Shown in pieces: positions 12,471 to 25,148 of a stretch of 64,000 nt of DNA (positions are counted from its first letter, which is position 1; each line of letters opens with the position of its first letter). This stretch comes from Camelus ferus (Eukaryota). The notes below the pieces were generated by a model, which was given only the letters and a program-made list of their open reading frames with translations, was not told the origin of the DNA and did not search any database. Position numbers and translations under genes: made by a program. The DNA lies in assembly GCF_009834535.1 (NCBI RefSeq), contig NC_045697.1, positions 16,990,001 through 17,054,000 on the forward strand, given 5' to 3'.

Positions 12471-12715
12471 AGCCTGGGATTCAAAGGCTATGCACAGATG
12501 CAGTTTGGCCCATGCGTGGTTTTCAGAATCAAGACATTTTGCATAAAGAGGGATCTCTGATTTCCTTAAGAAGCTGGGCTGACTTTCCCATTAGCCAGAA
12601 GAGCACCGCTCTTCTCAGATGGGGTATGCTCTCCTCATCATCATAAATGCCATCATACCTAATCGGATTCATGCCTTTGGTACACTTGATTCCTGAAGAA
12701 ACCTGAGTTTGCTTT
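12470..12715. mobile_element. MER102-like hAT-Charlie element, opposite orientation to the 1.8-kb copy
   Basis: 'gcacagatgcagtttggcccatg...cattttgcataaaga...cagatggggtatgctctcc...cctgaagaaacctgagtttgc'. Confidence 0.6.
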
Positions 12716-12746
12716 AAAAAATAAAGAAAGAAAAGAAAAAGAAGCA

Positions 12747-12859
12747 GGGGAGGGAATAGCTCAGCGGTAGACTGCATGCTTAGCACACACGAGGTCCTGG
12801 GTTCCATCCCCAGTACCTCCATTTTAAAAAAAAACCCTAATTACGTCCCCCCTCCCCCA
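12747..12859 (+). mobile_element. Camelid tRNA-Ala-derived SINE (vic-1 type) with 12-bp TSD
   Basis: 'ggggagggaatagctcagcggtagactgcatgcttagcacacacgaggtcctgggttccatccccagtacctcca'. A box 12757-12767, B-box-like 12800-12810. TSD AAAAAGAAGCAG at 12736-12747 and 12860-12871. Confidence 0.9.
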
Positions 12860-12871
12860 AAAAAGAAGCAG

Positions 12872-13005
12872 CTTTGAAAGAATCAAATTTGCACGTTAGA
12901 AAAATCACTCAAGCAGCAGTGTCCAGAATGGGTGACAGGAATGCAGAGAGATTGGAGGCAGAAGAACCTGTCAGAGGGTTACAATAATCTTCAAGGCTCC
13001 ACGTG
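12872..13005 (-). mobile_element. L2 LINE (segment 3)
   Basis: 'atcaaatttgcacgttagaaaaatcactc...gagattggaggcagaagaacctgtcagagggttacaataatc'. Confidence 0.75.
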
Positions 13006-14959
13006 CAGAACCCAAGGAAAGATGTCAGAAATGGCTCTGAGTACACCCTCAAGAACCGCATCGCAGCTGGACAGACTATCTTACAATGCTAACCCACAGC
13101 CCCATAATCTAAATGCAAATGTCGAGGTGTCATAGCAGCACCACAGTTTGACAATACTGATGGAGAAACACAATAAATACTGAGGCAAATACACCAGTCA
13201 GAAGTAAAGTAAATTAATAGTACAGCTTAGCTGGGATCACAAATGAATCATTCTAAAAGCAATTTTGTCCTGTTGTAAAATGAGATTAACACCTACTTGC
13301 CAGTTATTTTAGGAAGAACACAAATCAGCCCATCTGTCTTAATTCAGTGGTACTCATCATACATTTTTTAAAGTGATCACTTCCTGAAGAGTCATCCTAT
13401 TGATGCCAACAAACACCTCACATTGACAGTCTATGGCATGACCTACAATCTAGGTGTCACTTCAAAGCAGCATTGAAACCCCAAATTACACATCTTCACC
13501 GGAAGTGACTTGTTCTCTAGAAAGCCACGGAGGGGGCACCCTCAGTAGCTTGCCAGATACTGTCTTTAAATGACATTGGAGAGGGAGCTGAAGGTAGAAA
13601 CACGTTTTTTTTTTTTTTTTAGGAAGGAGATGCAAATGCTAGTACAGACAACAATTTACTGCAAACTAAATTACTAATCAATATCTGATAGTGGGACAGA
13701 CTGTCCACAGAGGTTGTAAGAGTCATATTCAGCCTATAATGGGAGATGCTAGAAAAGGAGGCTGCTCGGTTTAAATTGTATTCGTGTTTTGTACTCAGAT
13801 ATAAATAAGCTTGCTGATCGTATCACTGTCTCAGATTTATGGTAAACACAGGAAAGCGCAAGAATTTCAGAAAACCTCCCTGGGTCTTGCAATTTCTCAG
13901 AGCAAATACTTTCCACTCTCTCCTTGAATGAAAGAAGACATGGGATGAGAGTGAGTCCAGAACAAACTCCTAAAATTCACAGTTAGGAACGTAAGGCTCC
14001 ATAGAAAATATTGGATGAGACAGCCCGAGGTTCAGGCAGCACTCTGGAAAGGTCTCAAAATATGTTTTATTACCGACACAAACTGCATACAGAATAATGA
14101 TCTCCTGCTATAGAGAGCCTAACAATGGTATTTTACACATCTTAAGTTAATTATGATGGGGATCATATAATTAACTCCCACTTATCATTATCATTCTGGG
14201 CTCTCGAGAAACTTGCCAGGCCCTCCCTCCATGAGAGTGCCAACAAAATGCCTATAAATTCATTTTCTTGTTACAGACGGCGAGCATGCAGAAAGGCTTC
14301 CTCCCCATCCCCTTTCCTATGGTGGTCTCCAAGAGAATATTCACTGCCTTTCTGATTATATCATACAGAGCTCTGGGCTCCCGGTCTTCCAGAGGAGCCC
14401 CCGCAACACCCCAGAGCATCTGCCATTAGTTCGGAAGATAACAGAAGGCTGGCCACCCTCTCTTCTCATAGAAGCAGTTCTGTAAGTCCAGCGACTGGTC
14501 TACTCTGGGGATGCTACTAGGCTTCATGGAAAATTCCATTCCTGCCCTCCTTCTTTCTCCTTCCTTACTCCCTAAAATGCTTCATTTGTAATTATCTCTA
14601 TAGGAGAGATCAGCAATGGACAAATCATGGCATCAAACCCACAAAGCTGCCAAAAAGTTTCATAGAATATTAGAAGTTTCTGTAAGAAGAATTGAGAGAG
14701 GAAGACCTCAGTCCCCACATTTATTCAATGTGACTTATTTCTACAGTCGGGCAACTGGCTCCTTGGTTTCTTGAGGTGAGGTGAAGGGTTGTGTCTCCTG
14801 TATCTGACCTGCCCACCTCCCTCAAGGGGTGGCACAGGGCTCCTTGAACAAATCAGTGAGTAGCTTTCCTGGCCTCTAGGAGACTGAAACCAAACCAAGA
14901 AGGGGGTAAGCTCAGAAGTGTAATCTTTTTAAGCCCTTGGCTGTGAAATGAAGGTTGCT

Positions 14960-15150
14960 CCTTAATCTTCACTATGATCTTATGAGGGAACCATCATTAT
15001 CCCCTTTTCACAGATAAGGAAAGGAAAGTCAAATATCAGAGATGAAGTGACGTGCCCAGTGTAGCGACTGCCCATTGTAAGTGGCAGAATCAGACTCCAA
15101 CCCAGATTTCACTGGCGCTCCAACACAGTTTAGAGGCCAACAGTGCATCA
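14960..15150 (-). mobile_element. MIR SINE
   Basis: 'ttaatcttcactatgatcttatgagg...attatccccttttcacagataaggaaa...aagtgacgtgcccag...gtaagtggcagaatcagactccaacccag'. Confidence 0.85.
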
Positions 15151-16476
15151 TTTGACAATGACTAACTTCTTTGGTAAATGTTGACACAGTAATTTAAATC
15201 ATTGACTGGGCTTGGCTTCTCAACGCACACAGACACAATCATTTTTAACATGGATAAATTGACCCAAAAGGTCTTCTAAGTTAACTAATCAGTAATGCCC
15301 TTTGCAGTCTGAAGTTACACGAGGGACAGAAACATTTCTCTAGGTCCTTGGATGAAACATACTTTAAAGGGGCCAAGAGATGGTGACTGGCTTAACTGGG
15401 ATGTGTAACTTCAAGAGGACTGAGTAGAAGCCCAGTAGCTGGATGAGATGAGTACTTTCCTTAGTCATCCTAGGACAAGTGCATCTCAGAGAGGCTGGGG
15501 CCAGAACTGAGTCAGTTTTCCTGGGTTTTCTCCCCTGCCCAAAGATGGTGTCCAGAGGCTGCCCAGTCACCATGGCAGGAAGCCCCAAAGGTTACCCCAT
15601 GTAGATCAAGTCATCTGCAGAGGCAGGAAAAAGGTAAGGGGGCACGCAGGCGGCTGACAATGGTGTTGATGTTCATTATGACTTCCCAAGGGCTGCGCTC
15701 CAGGCACATTACCTGTCGCTTTCAATCCTGCAGCTCTCTCGGCTCAAGTGAATGAGCCGTCACAAAAGCTAGCTGACCAGCCAATTCCTCGGATACAATT
15801 ACACTTTTATGATGACGTTCAAGAAATCTGAGGGCATCAAGAGGACTTCTCGACACCACATATCACCCGAGCCCCTCTCTCCAGGTTCCATTTGGAGAAG
15901 GACGAGTCAGCCTGAGTGGCCACTTTCCCTGCCGGAACCAACGGTGGGTCAGTAGCAGCCATGCCTTCCCTCACACTGCGGGTGACCTCCCGAAGTCCTG
16001 GGTCACAGCGGACTAAATGAGCTGGATAATTATAAAAGGGGATGAGCCATGCCGGAGGCTTTGCCTGCCTCAAGAACACCATGCCCTTCTATCAATCTAC
16101 TTGGTTTTTTGTTTTTATTTTTCCCCCTCTGAAATATGATTAGCCTTGAGAAACTTCCTAACCACAGTGTCCTCCACCACGAGCTGTCATGGCCGGAGTA
16201 CTAGAAAAGTTTTGAGTGTGCCCTACACTTAGAAAATTCAACTAATAAAAATTGAGGTGGGGGTGAGGAATCGGGGACCTTTCCTGTTTAAAAAAAACAA
16301 ACAAAAACAAAAAACAAGGCCCCAAAGTGTTCTTCCAAATTTGAAGATTTTCTACCACATCAAAGTCTTTTATTTAGAAGCATTTTTACCAGGTAAGGAA
16401 AAGGATGGAGTTAGGGGTGAACCATTCTTTGGCAATTAAAATTTCAATACAATAATTTTCAAGAATCATATGAGAC

Positions 16477-16570
16477 ATATTTAAATATATATATATATAT
16501 AATATTACATATATACATACACACAGTGCATGTATATAGCTATGCATATAACATCATATAATATATACAG
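16477..16570. repeat. (TA)n-rich tract
   Basis: Directly visible. Confidence 0.8.
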
Positions 16571-17094
16571 ATGAAAATGAAGATTCAACTTCATAAAAAC
16601 TTGAGTTCTGTGACAACTTTCCATTTCTCTCAGGAGAGAGTTCCCATAACCAGGAGAACTAATTGTGCCGCACATACATTGGTATGTGTAGAGGGAGTTC
16701 CAGCAAAGCAACTAGTACCTCAGTACACCAGTAAGGGTGCCATTGTAGACAAAATAAATAAAGGAAATACATAAAAACTCAGCCACAAAGGACTGATAAG
16801 ATGCCATGAAGGACCAAATGAGTTCCCCCCAAATAAAATCAGACGAAGACTAGTTTCCAAGGTTTTTTCCCCATGCTCTGTAACTAATGTTTATACTAAA
16901 CACAATTTCTAAATACTGTTTCTGAACTTTTTCTCACCCAAATCTTTATGGGTCCCATCTCATGGAAATGGGACAGCATCTCACAGAATCCTCCATACAG
17001 ATCTGTAGAAAGGAGGGGCAGGTGATGGAGAGAGTCCAGGCCACTGTCTTCTATGACGATGCTCAGATCCCCACACCTGGCCAGCTATGGTGCT

Positions 17095-17304
17095 GCTTGA
17101 GAACCTCGTCCAAATCCTGGCTGTACCACTCACCAGCTCTAGGCCAATTTCTTAGCTTCACAGCAACTCAGGTTTTCTTCTTTATAATGGAGATGACAAT
17201 AATCGGACGTATCTCATCTGGGTGTTGTGAAAATTAAATGAATTGATATATGTATAAAGCCCTTGGAACAGTGCCTCAAAAGTACTAAGCACTAAATAAG
17301 TGAC

Positions 17305-17307
<3 letters not shown>
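17095..17307 (+). mobile_element. MIR SINE
   Basis: 'caaatcctggctgtaccactcaccagct...taatggagatgacaataat...gttgtgaaaattaaatga...aaagcccttggaacagtgcct...taagcactaaataa'. Confidence 0.9.

Positions 17308-17364
<57 letters not shown>
17308..17364. repeat. (TTA)19 microsatellite at the MIR 3' tail
   Basis: Perfect trinucleotide run immediately after the MIR end. Confidence 0.95.
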
Positions 17365-17366
<2 letters not shown>

Positions 17367-17614
17367 TGGCTGAAAAAGTGAACTGTGGATTAAATCCTGA
17401 GAAGCTGAATGACAGCAACAGAAGGAACTAAAGGTGATCTCAGCTGTCAGAGCCAAAATCAACGTCCAAGCCTATCACACTGTATGAATGTTTATGTGTG
17501 TGGATAATGGTAGAAAGGAAATAAGCAAAACCAAAACCAATATGTGTGTAGGCGTGTAGGTGTGGAGTTACGGCTGATTTCTATTTTTATTTTCAATTTT
17601 TTTATTATTTTATA

Positions 17615-17750
17615 TTTTTTAATGTTTTATTAAAGTTCAGTTGATTTACAATGTGGTGTTAGTTTCTCGTGTACAGCAAAGTAATTCAGCTATACATACA
17701 AACATTCTTCTTCATACTCTTTTCCATTATAGTTTATTACAGGATTATGT
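17615..17750 (-). mobile_element. L1 3'-UTR terminal fragment (artiodactyl-type, 5'-truncated)
   Basis: 'tttattaaagttcagttgatttacaatgtggtgttagtttctcgtgtacagcaaagtaattcagctatacatac...ttttccattatagtttattacaggat', with a T-rich tail to its left. Confidence 0.85.
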
Positions 17751-18579
17751 TAGATTTATAGCAACTAGAAAAACAAAAACAATTCTCTCCCTGATCTCTT
17801 GAAACCACCTCAGCCTGGTGAGATGAGGGCCTAGATGATTTCCTTCTGCCCCACACAGGACTCTACTCACTCATTATAAGAGAAGGATCTGAAGTTTGGG
17901 ATAAAATAGAGTAGTGTCTCCTTTAACAACTGATGAAGCAGATGACTGCAGAAAGCAACCCACACCCTGGACCCTCTAAGAAGGTGGACAGCCCAGAGCA
18001 CTTCACCAGGAAGAGCAGAATTCTTCAGTGAGGAGTCACAGTACGTGGAATGACAAATACATATCGTGTAAGCGGCAACCATTTTCAAGGCGACTCCACA
18101 TTTAAAGGACTTCTCTATTTTGTACTGGGTTAAAATGAACTCATGGAGGTGTTCTTATCACTGGAAGCATAAACAGAAATGACAAGATTGCATCTAATAA
18201 ATAGTCATGCTAATGGGGATGGTAGGTGAACGATTTAATCTTCCATGTTTCAATTCTTCATTTAACCACTGAGACCCAAAAGCGCCTAGGTGATGAGGGT
18301 AGCTTCAGATAACCCTCTAGTTAGAACCAAAGCCTCCAGGAACTATTTGGTGGAGATGTATAGCTACCCCACAATGTCCCGCGGGGTTAGGACTGGACAG
18401 CCAAAGTCTACATTCATCAGTTAGCAAACAGCTCATCACTGTAATGTCTAAAACACACATCTGATCAATTCCAAGATCTCTGTGGCCTGAAACCTATCTT
18501 AGGGAGGATCACAGAAAAACAGCAGGGTATCTTAGAAAGAATAATAGACTAATAATAGTCAAAATAACAAATTAATCCT

Positions 18580-18788
18580 GCGTAGCATTTATTAAGGCTT
18601 ACCATGTGCAGAGGACTGTGTTTTACATGTATTATTAATGAATGCCCAGAACAGCCAATGAGGTAGGTACTATTATTATCCCCATGTATAACTGAGAACA
18701 GAGAGGTTAAGCTGCTTGCTCAGCATTGCCCAGTTAGGAAGTGGAGGGGCCAAAGTTCAAACTCAGGCAACCTGACCATGCTTTTAAC
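18580..18788 (-). mobile_element. MIR SINE
   Basis: 'agcatttattaaggcttaccatgtgc...atgaggtaggtactattattatcccca...cagagaggttaag...ggaagtggagg'. Confidence 0.9.
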
Positions 18789-18789
18789 A

Positions 18790-19010
18790 AATAGCATTCA
18801 TATTTCTCCAACACATTGTGCTCTCAAAGGCTTTCATATACATTGACTCATCTGCGCCCCACAACAATACCTGCCTCCCCACCTGCATGGCAGGCGAAAT
18901 TACTATCTCCAGGTTAAAGATGGAAGAACTGAGGTTCAAAGAAACTAAGTGACTTGTTTGATAAAATGCAATGAGTAAGATGGCCAGACCCAACTTTGAC
19001 CACAAACCCC
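18790..19010 (-). mobile_element. MIR (MIRb/c-like), in tandem with the preceding copy
   Basis: 'ggctttcatatacattgactcat...ccccacaacaa...aagatggaagaactgaggttcaaagaaactaagtgacttg'. Confidence 0.8.
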
Positions 19011-19754
19011 ACCAGCTAGAAATCTCCCCCACCGTCCTACCATGTACCATCACCTCCAAATTTCCAGGCCTGAATTTCCTCATTTGTAAATATTTTAAAT
19101 ATTTATTCTAAATCCACTCCTAGCCCTAACCTTTGATGCTTCTGTAAATGAAAGTCAACTAATGCCACAAGCTACTCAAGACTCTTCAGCAGCCACTCAC
19201 CACCTACAAGAGATGGTCCAGCCTCCTTTGTGCCAGCTCACCTCTCGTCCCACCCTATCCCTAAGCCCAGAGCCAGCCTGCTGAGCCCTGGGGGCTGCAC
19301 TTTCTCCCCTCAGACTAGACCGCTCTCCCCGCAGCTCTCTCTTCCCAGCAAATCTGCTGGAATTTCCCCAACCACTTCTGCAAGAAATGCTTCGTGTCTT
19401 TCGGATAGGACTGACCACCTGCTCATCTCGGGCCCCTTACCACCCTGCTGCCTCAACCCCTCTCCCACTTTACCGCACTTCTTTACTGATACTCCACCTC
19501 CCTTGACTGCACCCAGGAGCCATGTATATCTTTAGTAGCCAGCGTGGTGTCAGGCACACAGAGCTCTGTGGAGAAATGTATGTTGCATGAGCAGAGAAAA
19601 AAATTGTAGTCTGAAGAAGTGTTGAAAATGGTTTTAATCTGAGCGCCAAGGTTCTATCTAGCACCCAAAACATAATCTGCTGGTTGCTGGTTGCACTAAA
19701 AGCATTAAGAATTGGCTTCACTAATTCTGTTTCCACCCTATTATTACAACTATA

Positions 19755-19900
19755 ATCAGTCAACAAAAGATAAATGAGTGTCTACGAAGTGCCAAGCATT
19801 GTTCTGAGAGTATATACCATACCAATAAGTAAGGCAGAGTCCCTGCCCGGGGAGAGATCAAGTGCCAGCTGGGGAGTCAGGGCTGTAATGTCAGTTACTA
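19755..19900 (-). mobile_element. L2 3' end fragment
   Basis: 'agtcaacaaaagataaatgagtgtctacgaagtgccaagcattgttctgag...gcagagtccctgccc'. Confidence 0.7.
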
Positions 19901-20474
19901 TACTGCAACAGCACACGTGGTATGGGAGGGAAATTTTATACTGGCCACAAAAAAAGGGAATGTTAAGCATCCTCCTGAATGTTTCCCCTACTAATTAGAT
20001 TGGACAAATGGAAAAGAAACCACTTACTTTGATTCTATATGTTTTCTCTTTTGCAATTTAAATGATTAGCCAAACAAAATAAAACCACATTCATTAAAAT
20101 ACCGCCATTTAAAATGATAACCAGAATGTGAGGTATTCTAAAAGTGACCGTGGTTCCATTGTTTAAAAAGGAGTTTTAAAAGCCAATTAATGTTGAAAAC
20201 AAGATCAGAAAGGAAGCCCACTCTTCTAAGCACTTGAGAAGGAACCACTCTGTATACACACACTCCTCTCACAATACAAGCAGAGGCCAGAAGCCCTGAT
20301 AGGTAAATTCTGAATCATGCCACCAAATCATTAAGGTGGAACTCTCTAGACAGCACAGCATAATTCTTATACACACCTGAAAATAACAAACACACATGTA
20401 TGTTAAAACACAGCATAGTTTAGGCTTTTCACTAATTCACACTGGCCTTCCTCTGAATCTGAATTCACTGTGCT

Positions 20475-20670
20475 GAGAAAGGCATTTCACGTACATTATC
20501 TTATTGAATCCATCCAACAACCCGACAAGGGTAGTGTTAGTATCATCCTCATTTTGAAAAAGAAGAAACCAAGGCAGAGACACTAATCATTAAGCTTGTC
20601 CAACGTTGAACCCTTGCAAGGGGTGGAACCAAAATTCATTTTCAATTCTTCCTGACTCCTACAAGCTCCA
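20475..20670 (-). mobile_element. MIR SINE
   Basis: 'gcatttcacgtacattatcttattgaatccatccaacaacccg...atcatcctcattttgaaaaagaagaaaccaaggcagaga'. Confidence 0.75.
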
Positions 20671-23600
20671 GTCATCAATAAGCTCTTTTACCTCCATGGG
20701 GCTTTACTATACCAGAAAAAAACAAATCCAGTATCAAAATCAATTACCAAACCTCTTTTTTTTTTTTTTTTTTTTTTTGGAAGAAAGTGAAAACTGCTGT
20801 CAAGCTCATTTTGAAGACTGCTTGGAGTCCCTGTGACTTTGCTGGGACAAAATGCAGTGTTTTCCCTCTAAGTAGTTAAACAGCACAGAATTCTCAAGTA
20901 ATACAGCGGCTGCTAACAACGCTGTCACCATTACATTGTTTAGTCAGCGATTGTACCTCAACGACTTTCTTCTCTTGATATGTGCTTAGGTTACCAAAAG
21001 AAATCTGAGAGCCTGCTAATGCAAAACACATCTAATGCAAAATGTTTTGCCTCCACCTCTGCCCTCCCAAAACTGACCTCAGCCTTGAGGTCTTGATAAA
21101 CGTTCCTTGATTTAAAGCTTGATTCCAAATCGGGTGGAGGGGGTTTCCCAGGTATTCACATATCAACATTTGCAATTCAGATTTATTTATTTTTTTTAAC
21201 CCAGACAAACAACAGCCTTTCAAAGGGTTCCTCTGGTACTTTCTTCACTTGACCTACCTAATTTAGAACTATCCCTGGTGCCATCTTGGTGATGACACTG
21301 CTCTGTGATAGCTAATACACACGCATACATTACTGCTGACATTTAAAAACGCTCCTAACAGTTTGTGTGAGTACATGGTAAACAGATGCTATGGGAATTT
21401 TTCCCCATTATCAGTCATCTCTGAAGACTGCAGTCAAGTGACAGGTTTTTGAGACTTTTCGGTCTAACAGCAAGAGATTTATTTTTAATAGAATATTGAT
21501 ATTATGGTACTAAATGGCATTTGGTGTTTATCCCCCACCCCCCATCCTTTTAGCAATGCGGTTCAGCTTAGTGGGTTATTTTGACCCACCCTCTATTCTG
21601 TCTGTTACTCTGTTCTTTTTTTCCTTGAATTGGGGTAGGGGGGAGTTGCAGACTTTTATGAACTCTCTGATTAAAGTACCTCCATCTGAATGCAGATTAA
21701 AAGTTCCAACACCTGAGAGCTCAAAACCAATGAATATTTATACCGAAAACCAGCAGATGAATATACTCTAAATCTTCAAATGCAAGTCTAGTCATGGGTT
21801 TTATCTTATTTTAGGACTTACTTTTTATTAAAATGAACTCTTGCATATTTACACTACAGAAATAAATGTTATTTGCAAGCACAATACAGTGGAGACCTTA
21901 CAAATGCATTGCCTCTGGGGAAGGCAACTTCACTCCTCAAGCGGATTTTATTTCTTTATTAGGTCTTCGTTGAAGAGGGGTTTCATTGTAGATGATTGGC
22001 ATAACTTGGGGACCTGAAAACATGTTCATTTGGGAGAGATTATTCATTTAGTGGCCAAGATCATTGTGAGTCCCTCCATACATGGGGGATTTGATCAATT
22101 TAACCATTCTCCCCCTTTCATTGGAAACTTCATTCTGGATGACTCCTCTAAAAAGTAGAGATGGTATAAAGCAAGCACAAAGGAACATTAATTTCAGCAT
22201 CAAGCTGACTTGCCTTCTCTGGGAGGTGGCTTAACCCATTTTTTTGTCTTGAGTTATAGCCTTAAATCATGATCTGTCTCTTCGGAATACAACTGGAGTA
22301 AACAAACGCTGGTCCTCAGAACAACGAGCTCTAAGAGGTGGTCGGGGATGCATAGTCAGACCGAAGTTTGATGATTCCAGTTCCCAACCAGAGACTCCCA
22401 AGGAAGCTTATGCAATAACACAAGTGAAAGTAAACACTGTCACCTACCAGCATCCCAGGATAAGTCAATAACTCCAAAACACATTCAGAAGTGATTATTT
22501 CAACGATAAAGAAATCTTCCATCTTAAAATAACTAAACTGGAGGTGAAAAGTAAACCTCTTTCTTCCCTAATCCCCTGGCAACCTCTTGCTCTTCATTAG
22601 ACTGCAATAAACCCCACATAAAAAGTCAGGTGCGGTTACCAGAATTGGGGGAAATACAAATTCTGATTGAACCCACCACACACCGGGAGACTTCTACACA
22701 CTCACGATCCTGAGGACTTAGAATGTGCAAATTTGCCATCATGTTCCTAAACTTACTCCTTCTTTTTCATAAAGTAAGCTTAGAAATAAATGTTTACAAA
22801 TCAACCCAGTCATCATTTCTTCATTTTAATGCTCAAACGCTTCATTTTGATTGCTGCCTTTTTGACATTTCACCAAGGAAATATGTTTGTGTGTTCGCAA
22901 TGCCATTGAATCAGCAATTAGATCTCCATATTCCAGATGTCATGAGAGTTTTCAATGCATCTCCCAATAAAATTTATTTCTGAACTTTAGGGGAGAAAAA
23001 AAACCACAAACAAATGTACTTTGTATAAATTAAACACATTATCCTTATTTTTCTAATTCTGTTCTAATTTTTCTAATTTAACACAGTGAGGGCTTCTGAA
23101 TTTATATTTCAAGGATTTCACATCATTCTACATAATGTTTTTCCTTGCAATGAATACAATTTTGGATTATTTATGGGCATTTTGGTTCACTAATTTTTCC
23201 CCCCGTTGAACAAGAGATATGGAGACAAATTTGTGCTATTAGCGATGTGCCTCACTCTCCATCCTGTAAGTCTCTCTTGAGCCTTGGCACTCTGGCCGGC
23301 ACAGGAAATTTATTGTCGAAAGTGGACAAAGAAAAATGTAATTCTGGTCTCATTCATTTCTTCATTAAGATTTTTATCTTCTTAACTCCCTCCTGTAGAC
23401 CTCACATTTCTGTGATTTTCCTTCAGCTCCCAAGGCTAGCTCAGAAGTACTGTTTCTTTGACTCCTTGGCTATCTTGTGTCACTCCAGAGCAATCCAACA
23501 CCCAACTTTTCCTCTTTCACTCCTGGGTGAACGGAATATACAGCTTCCCAGCTCTTTGCCACAAGCTCTGACTCTTTAAAAAAAAAAATACAGTAAACTA

Positions 23601-25148
23601 AAATGGCTCTACAACATGCAGCTTGGCACCACCAGAACACTTAAACGGCAGGGCAGAGGTGCCACTCGAAGGAGCTGTCGTGGGTGACTTTAGGCATAGT
23701 TGTGGCCGGTAGAAATGAGTTCACCCCAGGGATCTGTTCACCTGAATTGGAAATGCACACCAGAGTTTCATGTTCATGAATGTGGAGCATGGCTGCGTAA
23801 AGAAATTCTTCCCCAGGGCCCTCCTTGCAGGGCATGCCCATCACCACAGAGGGCCCTGGCAGACAGCAGAGGTTCTACTCCCTCCATTATTCTCGAGACA
23901 ACTGGTTGGCATTTTCTCCTTTAATAAGAAAAATGACACAATCCAGTGCTCCTTCTGATGGAAGGATTTTGCTCGGTATTTACCCTGTTTCAAAGGGTAA
24001 CACTAGAAGAGCTTGACTCCCTGTTCTCCTCCCATCCGTAAAATGTTTTGCAGATGTCTCCGTCTAGCCCATCCCACCTCCTGAAAAATGCGCCCGAGCA
24101 AAAACTCATCTGTTAGTAATAGAACTGAAAAATGCCTCATTCTGGCTAGAAGTGGTACGAGAGCTGCTCCTGCTCCAGCAAATTTATTTTGCCTTTCAAG
24201 GGTTTAATTGCACACAACATGGTGCAGTTTTGATTAATCCTTCAGAATTTAATATATACTCTGGGGGGGTCAATATGTTGATTCTTCATGCATCACTATC
24301 ATGGGAGTCACTGGAATGCATTTAAACACCACAGGAGGTACACCTCTCCAACTTACCTGGTCCTGCCAAGGGTAAAAAGTGCTCATTAATGACTCAGTCC
24401 AGGAGGGGAGCCAGCAGACGGGGTGCTTCCTCTCTGACACTATTTCTGGTTTGCTTGGCAGGCACGTTTCCCTTGGGGAGGTCCCAGGTGGGGCACACAC
24501 TGGAATCTTCCAGGCTTATGCCCTGATCATTTTAATGAGAAAGCAACCTCGAAATATTGGCACCTTGCATCCAGCCAACATATGGAGCCACCGTACAGGC
24601 ACTTAATTGAACTCATTCAAGATTATGAAGGGTAGAGTCAATCGGGTCGATGAGTGTTTATTCCGTGAACTCGGGCTCTGAAGAGGTGATGCAAAGGTAA
24701 TAACAAGTCCATTTGCTATTTTCACAAAGAATGATCTTTTAAATTCTAGATTCCATGTCCCTGTGTTTGAATTTCTGGTTGAAGCACATGGGAAGACTGC
24801 GAGTTCCTGTGCATTACTAAACACGTGGACAGGTGACATAGGATTTCATGGTTTGAGGGTAAAACAAGACTCCAAGTTACTAACCCTCCTGGTAAAGTCA
24901 GAATCAGAGGTGAAGAACCACAAGAACGGTGCTATGGAAACGCTGCACTTGTAAAGTCATCGGAGCGACTGTCTCCAGGAGGGAGGTCTGTTTCAGCAGA
25001 TGCAGAGAGATAAAATAGGGCACAGAGCATAGAACCAGAGGAGGACTCAAGACTCGGTTCTGCTCCTCTCGGTGTAAGGTTTAACAGCCTTTTCCAGCCT
25101 GTTTTCTCACCTAAAAATTGCAATATTAGATCCGACACACCAGAGCCA

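Noticed and set aside
13520..13545. CTCF site (also motif-like strings near 1829, 5370 and 8450)
   Set aside because: Each has several mismatches to the CCASYAGRKGGCRS core, which is not above chance in 64 kb.
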